Below, one piece after another: positions 27,635 through 38,970 of a DNA stretch of 64,000 bases; position 1 is the first letter of the stretch, and each line of letters starts with the position of its first letter. The stretch is from Eledone cirrhosa (taxonomy: Eukaryota). Made by a program: the position numbers and the translations under genes. Under the pieces are notes generated by a model, which was not told the origin of the DNA, ran no database searches, and saw only the letters and a list, made by a program, of their open reading frames with translations. Location: assembly GCA_964016885.1 (NCBI GenBank), contig OZ024741.1, positions 381,610,001 through 381,674,000 of the forward strand, in the 5' to 3' direction.

Positions 27635-28410
27635 CCTGTAGTATGTATAAATAGTCTCGTTTTTACCGAACATTTATTATAATGCTCGGCTTGTTTGTAA
27701 ACAAACAAACAGCCCGAATTAAGCCGTACAGTCTTTAGCAACCATCGTTGCCCCCCTGCCCAACACTGACAAAGGAACGATGTACTAGTTTCAAGCTTAT
27801 TATCTATTGTCAGCATCGTATACCTTCATGCCAGATGATTTCTGGCTTAATTGGGGCTGTTTGTTTGTTTACAAACAAACCGAGCATTATAATAAATGTT
27901 CTTTAAAAACGATACGTACATATATATGTGTGCATGTATGTATATATATACATACTACTGTACGTCTGTATACATATATGTATGTACGTATACATACTTA
28001 TATTTAAGTAACAGCCGGACTAAGAGTGAGAAATGAAATTTCGTTTCATTTTTTCCATTTATCGTTTTCGGTGCGCCCAGCCGTCTAACTCACTCGATAT
28101 ACAAATTAGGCTACTCAGCCGTTAATATGCATAAGGAATGTACATACTTTCAGACGTTCAATCATCTGGCAGGAAGGTATACGATGCTGACGATAGCTAA
28201 TAAGCTTGAAACTAGTATATCGTTCCTTTGTCAGTGTTGGGCAGGGTGGCAACGATGATTGCTAAACTCTGTACGACTTAATTCGGGCTGTTTGTTTGTT
28301 TACAAACAAACCGAGCATTATAATAAATGTTCGGTAAAAACGATACTATGTATACATACTACTGTACGTCTGTATACATATATGTATGTACGTATACATA
28401 CTTATATATC
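27635..28410 (+). mobile_element. HHR-containing tandem repeat (retrozyme-like), locus 1: inverted 5' fragment plus about 1.3 monomers of 431 bp
   Basis: Period 27846 to 28277; inverted copy at 27635-27835; same family as 46120-47330. Confidence 0.85.
28181..28223 (+). ncRNA. Type I minimal hammerhead ribozyme, intact core
   Basis: Helix I ACGATG/TATCGT, CTGACGA, stem II AGCT-AATA-AGCT, GAAA, palindromic ACTAGT, GUA cleavage triplet. Confidence 0.9.
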
Positions 28411-28857
28411 TCTATATATATATGTAGTTTTTGGCCACCTCCGAAATACGATCTCGCTGAAATTATATTTGTATTAATCTCCCGGGCCTAGCAATTAATT
28501 AGTTAATTCTATTAGACAATTGCTTAAGTTTCTTTAAAAACATCCCGGTCGATAGCTTACTTCGATTTGTGCAGTTTTTTGCAATTCTTGCAATGATTTT
28601 ACACGTTTTGAATGCATCCGTCAAAAACCGGGGTTACCTCCCTCGCAGGGTAAACACCAGTTTACTACTGGTCGTCTGAGAACCAAATGGCAGCCTTGTT
28701 CGATTGTTATGCGAAAAGCTTACGAGAAATGCAAGCAGTATAATTGATTTTGATGTCACAGAAACCTCCCACTGGATTCTACCATCAATTTCCAGGAGTT
28801 CCAGGTAAATTCTTTTGTTAACCTGTTTAGCTTGCTTCGTTTTGGGGGCGAAATACA

Positions 28858-29131
<274 letters not shown>

Positions 29132-29132
29132 C

Positions 29133-30635
29133 ACGGATCAGCTATGCAGTAGGGTTTATTCCAAGTATCAACAAATATTTCATTTATCCGGTGTGTCTAA
29201 TAATTGCTATCTGTAGTGTGTACCACGACAATCGATTTTAAGCACAGTTACAACCAGCATCGCAACGTAACTCGAGCCACACATCGGACTATAACGAGGA
29301 GCCAACACATAAGAACGCTTCCAAGTGTAACTGGCACCTACCTGATAAATGGCCACTACAAAATAGATGCCTAGAGTCCAATATTGTATATCTGTGCACT
29401 AAAAGGTGTGGTATTACATAGGTTCCACGGCTAAGGAATTCGAAAAACGATGGTATGTGCATCAGTACTCCATTAAGAACCGTAGGCTCAGTAACACAAT
29501 GACGCTGGCCAATAAAATATGTCTGCTTGCGGATAGCAAACAAAAGTATGAAATGAGGCTGGTCGAAATTATCGAATGCCAAAGCTTACACGAACATAAT
29601 GTCCGAACCGGATCACTCCATATTTTGCAATATATTGAGAAACTATTAAACAACGACATCTAAATAACAATCTACTACAGGCAAAAACCGGAAGCAAGTT
29701 CTCAAATTATAAACCAAAATAATCAGGATTCGATCCAGCAATGTTACTATCTGTATAAACAACATAATTCCCATCTGCAAACTTGGCACCACTGAACTTC
29801 TCTAATATCCCCTTTTCACCATTAAAGGGAAACGCACCCGTAAATCACCTTACGAACACGGACACTTTACCACCAACAATAATAATAAAAAACATATAAT
29901 CCCAGGAATTAAAAGTTTATGCCATTAACTAAAAGAATGCAAAGAACGGACTCCTAACCAATCGGATGCAAGAGTAGCTGATACTCTAAAACACTCCCTC
30001 GGTGATTAAGTATTTATGCTTTATAGAAACATCCCCTTCAACTCCCTTTCCCTTACATATAATATCAACCATCTATTATTACCATTGTCACCCTCAATCT
30101 ACACCCCTACTACATCATCACCCATTAAGACTTTATCTCTCGAAATATCATTCAATCCACTTGGCCGTCTGTTATATTTTTTTACTACATTGTCCACAAT
30201 TCTTTCATCTTAACGCCTCTATACCTATATATATACCCTTTTTTTAATGTTATTTTGTATCCTCACTATCTATTTTCTGATGTTTTACTTGTTTATTCGC
30301 TTATTATTTTACTTTCAGGTCATACTTTATCTGATTTTTACTTTTTTTATTTTTATCTTATTGTCTTTTCATATCACTTTTTTTTCAGGTTATTTTTTCA
30401 TACCATTATCTTACTATCCCTCATCTCGCTATGATTTTATTCTTCATATTGTTCACGTTATTTTTCATGTTATTATCGGTATAAATGCGTTTTACCAACA
30501 ATACCGAACTAGTATTATGACAATTTAGCTGGTGGGAACTGTACTTAAAATCGATTGTCATGGTAGGACCGGACTAATGAAACATGTGTTAATACTTGTA
30601 ATAAACCCTACTGTATAGCTGATCGGTGTTATTCT
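29133..30635 (+). mobile_element. 5'-truncated Naiad-type PLE (GIY-YIG remnant) with inverted pLTR at its 5' end
   Basis: KCNWHLPDKWPLQNRCLESNIVY...YIGSTAKEFEKRWYVH; 29133-29260 is an inverted copy of 30528-30632. Confidence 0.8.
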
Positions 30636-30816
30636 TCACTATTTAATTATTAATACTCCATAAACCACTTACCTAGGAACTGTCTGGAATCGGCCATCTG
30701 AATACCACTACTAAATAAACATCTTGTCGAGTCAAACAACGCCGAACGTTAGAATCGTCCACAGTACGGATTACTCATAGGCTCTACTTGGATTACCTTA
30801 AACGATATCTCGTTTA

Positions 30817-30886
<70 letters not shown>

Positions 30887-31905
30887 CACCACATTTATAT
30901 ATATATATATATATATGCACATTTATATACATGCACATTTATATACATACTGAACCAGTCAGTGAAATGTTCATGGTATAATATACCTTTAAGGAATTAC
31001 ACCAGTCCAGCCTCCTGTTATTTTATAATAATTAACTCCGTACTCGCACCACCAACAAGACAAACGAAGACGGGTGAGTTTCATTACTTCGAGTGCTCTC
31101 CCTAATATTACATCACGGTTTACTATACGGAATGACCAGTTATATCCAGTGGTGAACCAACAAACCTAAATGAATAAAGCTCCAGGAAAAGTCACGTGCT
31201 TCCAGATGTAGTAAATACCAGGGGCCCTACATGGGTCTAACTGTACACCATTCGCATTTTGGCTGCATTTAGCTATGTTTACCGCCCACTCGAAACATGC
31301 ATTGCTGCTTCCTTGTCAGGAACACTCAAACTCCGTCAGACCTCATAGATTCTTCAAAAAATCATCATATTCTATTATACCCTGTATTGTATTGACGGAA
31401 TTCTCTATCCTATATTTCAAGATTTTGGGATTCACATTGAAAATTAAAACTCAAACCTACGTATCACCTGATACCACTCCAAATCTTCCATCCTATATAT
31501 CTATATTTATAACCATGTATTCTCCAACCGTGTTATCTATTGTTTATTTGCTACACCTTGATCTGTATTTTATTTCTTCTGTATTTTGATTTCTTCGATA
31601 TGTTTTTTATTTATTTCCATTTCTACTCACACAATTACCACCCTGGGTATGACTGCATTTATGTATTTATTCACTTTATCTCCCTATATACTTATGCTTG
31701 TACTCATCTGTTACCCAAAATTAGCACACGACCCTAGCATATTACTCTCTGTACCCTTTATATCTGTTTATCTCTAATCACCCCCCCTACCCACTCAGGA
31801 TTCACACTACATATAACCCGGGCTAACATGGAACTAAATATAGTCTCCTTACCTATTCCATCAGATTTTGCCACTTTTAAACTTCACACCACGTGTGTGA
31901 ATATC

Positions 31906-32430
31906 TAATAATCGTTTGGTACACGTGTCATCCGACGGATGTGGCGACTTTCCCTCTTGCACGCCAGGCGCTAGAGTTGATCAGCCTTCCTAGAGTGATT
32001 GGAAAAATAAATTTCCCCTTCTTTCGTAAACAAAAATAGTCGGAACGGTTGTTACGCCCTTGGGCCCTGGGTGGGCTTGGAATCCGCCGCGCCACCGGTT
32101 ATTGACCGCCAAACTGTACTCCTAAATTCTAAGCTTAATCATAACTTTAAAATTGATCATGCCTCCTTCTACTAGCTCTTTAACTAAATCCCAGACCAGT
32201 GTGAATAACTAATAATCGTTTGGTATACGCGATGATCAGCCGACGGTGGCGGGCCCCCGCCAGCACCCCCGGAGCTTGAGATAGTTAACGTTCCTGGAGT
32301 GCTCGGAAAAATAAATTTCCCTTTCGTTCGGTTGACGAAAATACTCGGAACTGTTGACACGCCTTTCGGCCCTGGGTGGGCTGTGAGTCCGCTACGTCGC
32401 TGGTTATTGACCGCCAAACGATACTCTTAA
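31906..32430. ncRNA. Two diverged tandem copies of a ~220-nt structured sequence
   Basis: Copies at 31906-32115 and 32209-32422 share a terminal GTTTGG/CCAAAC helix and several hairpins whose loops differ. Confidence 0.55.
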
Positions 32431-32997
32431 ACACTGGATTAATCTCACTTTTTAATCTTAATCTTAACTTTATATTCTACCCTGAAACATTATTGTGACT
32501 ATCAATAATACACTTAACCTTTTCATAAACGCCTCCATCTGTAAATTCTTTAACTAAATCTCGCAACCTTAAACCTAAATCTTACTCATCTAATCTTATC
32601 TTAAATGACATATTTTAATTCTAAACATAAATTTTACATTTCTAATCTTTAATTGTAATTTCTGACCCTACAAAAAAAATATTCTGTACAGGCGCCCAAT
32701 ATATATAGTTTTGTTAAAGATATATGTTTTTTGGAAAAATATTTTTCTTAACACTTTTTAGCACTTCTGACCAACTTCAATGTAACCTGATCCCGCCGCT
32801 AGCCTGTGTCCATGACGGGGTGGTAGTAGTACACTATAGGTTTGCGCCCCTTCAGCAGAAATACATAAGAGGACTTAGTAGTCCACACTTGAAGGCGGCC
32901 AACCGGACTGGAAACTGCTAAATGTTGGCCGCCTTCTCGTCTCTGTGCCTTTTGAGCTCCATGGATTGTGTCTATTATATTTCTTTGTTAAATTTCG

Positions 32998-33057
32998 AAT
33001 ACCTGAGGATGTCACCAGATTCATACTGAACCAGGTCATTGAAATGTTCATAGTATT
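32998..33057 (+). ncRNA. Type I hammerhead ribozyme
   Basis: Helix I AATAC/GTATT, CTGAGGA at 33003, GAAA at 33041, stem III ATG-TT-CAT, AUA cleavage triplet. Confidence 0.7.
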
Positions 33058-33408
33058 AATAAACCTTTAAGGAACTACTCCAGTCGAGCCTCCTGTTATT
33101 TTATAATTATATATATATATATTAGGATTGGTGCTCTAAAATAGCGATGTATACATGAATGTGTGTATAGTATATTTGGCAATATACCGTGTGTTTAATT
33201 AAAAGCATTTAGAAAACCATACGCTATCGGTTCCATATAGTCAGCTCCTGATTATTACTGGAATTCTATAAGAATCCAGCTTCTACAGTTTTCGGTGGAA
33301 GGATGGGAGTGTGTGGTTCCGATGAACATGAAACAGACTGTCAGCTTCTTTCCTTTCTTGAGCCGAAAAGAAATAAGTGACACAGTCGCTATTTTAAAAC
33401 TCATAAAG

Positions 33409-33485
33409 TATGGTCTTCTGAATGTTTTTAATTAAACATACGGTATATCGCCATATCTACTACAGACACACACACACACACACAT

Positions 33486-33563
<78 letters not shown>

Positions 33564-33630
33564 ATGTGTGTGTCTGTAGTAGATATGGCGATATACCGTA
33601 TGTTTAATTAAAAACATTCAGAAGACCATA
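33409..33630. repeat. Palindrome centred on (CA)n(TA)n(TG)n
   Basis: Unique arms of about 57 bp are exact reverse complements. Confidence 0.9.
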
Positions 33631-34589
33631 AAATACAGACGAAACCATGGTAGAGGTAAGTAAATATGTACACATTTCTTCTTAGTTTATTTTACACCTA
33701 ATTGTGTTTAGTTGACTGTATATCTGGTCGATGTATACATGCTGTCGAAATGTTCAATAAATACTCCGTCGTAACCGCCGCGAAGGGGCTGCTTTCGGTT
33801 ATTTGTCGGAAATTTCTTCATAGGAGCCTTTATTCTTATAGCTTGGTCTAATTGATTTTTATATGGTTAATTATGCTAATTGGGAGAAGAAAGGGTATAT
33901 ATTTTATCTAGTGATTCTATAGACATGTTTTATGATATACAGCTCTGATTATTTAATTTATTAATTCTTCATTGAGCCACAACGTGACCCGTTGCAAAAC
34001 AGATATATATCTATGATTTTTATATATATGTAAACCTTTATATGTAATACTCTCCGGTTAGGTTGAGATACAATTTAGCTGTATTTGGCTGCGCTTTCTA
34101 GCAATAAGCCTACCAGCCGTAAGCAACTAATCACATCCTTTCTAACTTGACCGCTGCCACGTCACGATTCTTAGTCATTTGTGAATGTATTTGTGGCGCG
34201 ATCACTTTGGAAAATTAATTGTCTAAATTTGAGCTAACTCCTGATGAATCCGAAGCTCTAGATGTCCCCTGTTATCGGATATCTTAAAATACGAACGAAA
34301 CCATGGTAGAGGTAATTAAATATGTACACATTTCTTCTTAGTTTATTTTACACCTAATTGTGTTTAGTTGACTGTATATCTGGTCGATTTACACATGCTG
34401 TCGAAATGTTCGATAAATACGCCGTCGTAACCGCCGCGAAGGGGCTGCTTTCGGTTATTTGTCGGAGATTTCTTCATAGGAGCCTTTATTCTTATAGCAT
34501 GGTCTAATTGATTTTTTATATGGTTAATTATGCTAATTGGGAGAAGAAACAGTATATATTTTATCTAGTGATTCTATAGACATGTTTTA

Positions 34590-34596
<7 letters not shown>
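33631..34596 (+). mobile_element. Partial tandem pLTR/retrozyme-like element, period about 657 bp
   Basis: A ~305-bp direct repeat at 33631-33937 and 34288-34596, ending at (TA)n; contains an HHR. Confidence 0.8.
34236..34313 (+). ncRNA. Type I hammerhead ribozyme with extended stem II
   Basis: CTC-CTGATGA, ATCCGA/TCGGAT helix, GAAA, palindromic ACCATGGT, GUA cleavage triplet, then GAG. Confidence 0.75.
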
Positions 34597-34641
<45 letters not shown>

Positions 34642-34859
34642 GAACGGGCGAAGGTTTCACGAGCATATCCTATATCTGTTTCCTTGTCGTATCAATATGG
34701 ATTGCCTCAGGAACGTACCCTTATTATGTAAGAACTGTCTGATGCTGGCATGGTACCGGGTACGCTGAATCAAGTGGCCGCTGTTGTAATGGAAATATGT
34801 ATCACAACCTTATCAGTAAATGACCTTAATATCTGAAACTACTTCGCATTTTCTTATTC

Positions 34860-35122
34860 TGTAGGTTGTGACTTCAATTCTCGGACCGGTTGATCCGTTG
34901 TGTCCTTCAGCAAGATGCTTTATTTCCCGTTGCTCCAGTTTACTCAGCTGTAGAAATGAGATGCGACCTGACAGGTGCCAAGTTTTATCAGCCTTTGCCT
35001 TTCCTTTGGACATCATCGGTGGCGTGGAAAGGGGAGGCTGATATGCATGAGCTGCTGGTCTTTAACAAATAGTCTCGCCCGGACTTGTACTTCGGAGGGA
35101 AATGTTCTAGGTGCAAATTCTA
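34860..35122 (+). mobile_element. 5'-truncated SINE related to family B
   Basis: TGCTCCAGTTTACTCAGCTGTAGAAATGAG core shared with 22792-22822. Confidence 0.6.
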
Positions 35123-35289
35123 TAAGTATGTGTGTGTGTAGGATAAATAAGTTAAGTTGATGCAATTGTGGTCTTCAATATGTTTTATGTACAATAATGT
35201 ATATTTTACAATTTTCACAAGTTTCATGATTTTAAAAATTTAACGTAGACTAATAACTCGTATCTAACAGACATTCGGTTCTTCTTTTA

Positions 35290-37320
35290 ACTTCATCCAA
35301 AGATTATGGCTCATATAGCTACATGTTTGATGAACTAATTGATAAGTAAAGAAAGATCATGTGATTAGGCATCCAATTGTTTGGTAATTTCGGTGGTGAA
35401 TTTCCATCTTGTTTCTGAGGGAGAGTTTCATTTGCCGTATGTACTCTATGTTACACCCTTTACATTTAATGACAGATATCATACTGTTTTGAACAGGTGA
35501 AATTATCTTTTTACAAAATATGTTTTTCCTGTTTTAAATTTATAAATTGTGTCTTTAATTAGAGTAATGGAAATTCCACAATTAGTATGATCACACATTT
35601 TGACTGGTGGTGTTGCGATTGTGGTGGGTAGTTGGCACTGGTGATGAGATTTGTACCGATTTGGGTTGTCTTGCTTTTGTATATTTAAGGTGTTTCGAGT
35701 ACAATTTCAATTCCTTGGTTTTGACTTATTCTTGTGGATAATGTTGTATGACTCGGTATTTATCGGATTGTGTGTTGATATATAGGGAAGAGAATTAGAT
35801 GTATCTGGAATTGTTTTTGCTATATCGTTATGCTTGTATGATTATTGCTTTGTATGATTATTACGTTGTCTATTTATAAAGATGGATACTCTCTGTTTAG
35901 TGGAATTTGTTTTAGTTCTTTAATTATGTTTATTCCGAGATTTATAACGTGAGACAATTGTTCAGTTTCTTCTTGGAAGATTAAATCGAATATTTGTCTT
36001 CCTGTCTTTTGGATGGCTTGAGCTAAATAGTAATTATTGTTGAGAATATGTTGCTTTGTGGTGATTGGCAGGTATGAAATTTGGTTTTGACTGTAATCCA
36101 TTATGTATTGGATATCATTATTGATGATGTTAATTAGGGTTTTACATTCATTGAGCTGGTCGTGTGCCTGCGACCATAGAATGAGGCAAGTAACGTTACT
36201 AGTTGGCTAGGAAGTTTTAATGTGGATTATTCATATATCTGTACTTGCAGGTATGCCATGTCTAAACTAGCTTGGGTCGGGGCTACGTCTGTGTCCACTG
36301 CAGTACAAAATATTGGCATCGAAACAAAAAAAATGTTTTGTAGCATGAAACTTAATCATTCAGTGATGAAACCTTTTCTATTCATTCCGGGATTGTATTG
36401 TGTAATTATTCAAGCAACAATCATATTGCTTCAAGTATGTATTTGTGTATGATCTTAGTCTAGAATTTACTACATCAAAAGATACAATAGTGGTGTTGCT
36501 GTTGACGTGTTTAGGCAGATGATTAAAGAGGTGCGAATGATCTCTCATAATGTTTGGTAGATTTTCAGAATTGGTTTCAATATTATGTCTATAAAGTTAC
36601 TGTTTGTGTGTTTCACAATTTGGGCTCGCTACAATTGGTCTTAATTTAAGGTCATTGGGGTGTTGTAAGTTTATACAGGTTCTAGTGGTATCCTCAGACG
36701 TTTCAATCAAAACGTGTTAAAAAATGGCAATCTATTATTTTTTTTTTTTTTAAAGCTAATTAGAATGTTGGCAGACGATCCTGTTCAGTCTAGTCATCGT
36801 GTTTGACTGCTGGTAAATGTAAAAATGTTCATCATATGTAGTGAATTGTTATATTTTTTAACACCCATAATGAAGATAGTACTTCCCTTAATCACATCAT
36901 GATTATTCTTTAATTTATGGATATTTCCAATTAGATTCAGCTCGTGTTGGATTAAGGTTTAGGCTGTGGTAGTTCAAATATGGTATGTTGTCATAAAAAT
37001 TGTCAAAATCGTTATTCCCACCATTCATAGGTTTGTAGTTATTTTTATTCCGAACAATTTACTAACCATTGTTTACCTTGTTAAAACATTATTCAGATAC
37101 GTGTATTTTTTTTTTTTTACCGAAGTGTGCAGTAACGTCCTGTATCTCATTGAAGTTGGGTTACTGTGGTGTTGGAGTGAATATTAATCCCTTAGAGAGT
37201 ATTTCGATTCGTTGGTGTGATAGATTTACATTCGATAGATTGATTAATTACGGTTTTTCATAATTCGGTTGTAGCACCGAATGTTATGGATTTTGTCGTC
37301 TTCGAATAAACAATTAAACT
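35290..37320 (-). mobile_element. Degraded Neptune-type PLE (RT plus GIY-YIG)
   Basis: LKLRPIVASPNCETH, VSFDV, TAVDTDVAPTQASLDMAYL and IKCKGCNIEYI on the minus strand. Confidence 0.8.
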
Positions 37321-37507
37321 TTCGACATATTATTTCCTGGGTATTTATGAAACAATAGCCTTTTCTGTTTTATTCTGTGGTTTTTATAGGAATTTCTGAT
37401 ATTCTTGGTTGCCGACTGTTGTTGTTCTTCTTGTTTCTGATTTTCCTGCGGACTGTGGTCTTTGTTCCCTCGTGTATGTTGAAATATACAATTTCAGAAA
37501 ATAAATA

Positions 37508-37640
<133 letters not shown>

Positions 37641-37696
37641 ATATATATTTATATATATGTGTGTGGGTGTATGTATATATATATATATATATGTGT

Positions 37697-38970
37697 TAAA
37701 TTTCTTTAAGTCGTTTGGAAGCCTCGACAATGCAGATGGGTAAATCTCCGGGTAACAAGATCCGGTGGTGGAGAGAGAGATGTAAGTGGGTGTACGTTGA
37801 GATGCGTGGCGTGTATAAGACTGTAACGTTTAGAGGAATGAAGGAAAGAACGTAAAGCATGAAAATAAAAATAACAACACGAGAAAGAGTTACCTTGGGA
37901 GAGATTTAATTGTCCCTATATATTTCGGATACACATCCATCAACTGGATTTTTCCCGGGGGTGGGGGTGGGGAAGGTTGTTTGTCGGAAAGGTGCGAAAC
38001 GTGTCCGCCGCTGTTCGCTGTTTTGAATATCTGAGGTATTCAGCAGAGCGCGCGTGCGCGTGAAATGGGGTCGGTCAAACAGAGGTCAGCGATCGAAGTA
38101 GTTCTTTCAATTGTGGGAATGGGGTGGCGCTAGCTGTCACGCCATTATCTGCCTGTTTTCCAACCTTGTCTAAAATCTGTGGCAAACTCCCTCGAGCCTC
38201 TGCCCTTCTAAAATCCCGGAGAGCTCAATTTGCTGGCCACTGTCACCGTGCCAGCAATGAAATCATATCCGCTCTCTTGCTCTGGAACCCTGACTCCAGC
38301 CTGACCAGGAGTAGGAAGCTGTCATTCCCTGACGTTATGTCTAGGGATACGGGAATCAGTAGACAGGACCTGGGGGCAGCGATGGGGGACGGGGAATTCT
38401 GGGGCATAAGAGTGAGATCCATCATCTCGACAGTAGTCGACGAATGATGATGATGATGTTCGTATGGTGGAATGCTACTGTGTGTGTGTGTGCGCGCGTG
38501 TGTTGCTATATCGCTTGTGTGTGTGTACATGTGTTGCTGCATCGCTTCTGTGTGTGTGTGCGCGTGTTGCTGCATCGTTGGTTAACTTAAACCAACCACC
38601 TCATTTCGCTTCTCTGGGATCGGTTGTTTAGTTGTCGCCCTAGGCGTTTGATCCAAAGTGCTTCCGTGATAAGTAACGTGTCGACGTTTCTTTCTGTCGC
38701 TAGAATTGTGACAATGGGCCTTCGGGCTTTGTTTCCGCATTTGGCTACGTGTTTCCGGAAAGACGAGACCCTGGTTTTAGTGTGTTCCTTGATCCGGATG
38801 TGCAACGGCCGGATTGTGCTACTTATATAGTATTGGTTGCACTTGTTACATTCTATCTTTTACATGACATATGTGCGTAGGCAACAGTTCGCATGACGCA
38901 TCGGACAGTCTCTGATGGAGCACGCGTCAGTTGATTTACCGGGTTTCCTGGAGAGGCATCTTCGCAGGGA
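37697..38970 (-). mobile_element. Inverted copy of the PLE EN domain and 3' UTR
   Basis: Diverged reverse complement of 39979-41006. Confidence 0.9.
38160..38458 (+). mobile_element. RTE-type LINE 3' fragment with (TGA)n tail, inserted in the inverted PLE arm
   Basis: RRAQFAGHCHR...LLWNP...GAAMGDGEFW; absent from the right arm. Confidence 0.8.

Larger units (their letters stand above)
30948..33110 (+). mobile_element. Non-coding PLE-derived/retrozyme-like element bounded by ~80-bp direct repeats
   Basis: ATACTGAACCAG...CCTCCTGTTATTTTATAAT at 30948-31030 and 33023-33108, both next to (TA)n; the 3' copy carries a full HHR. Confidence 0.7.

Noticed and set aside
32184-32417. 77-aa minus-strand ORF as a peptide gene
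   Set aside because: The paralogous copy shifts frame and stops; indels fall in predicted loops, which fits RNA structure better. Not fully excluded.
37990-38045. Possible type II hammerhead (GAAACGTGTC...CTGAGGT)
   Set aside because: Core deviates from CUGANGA and helix I does not pair.
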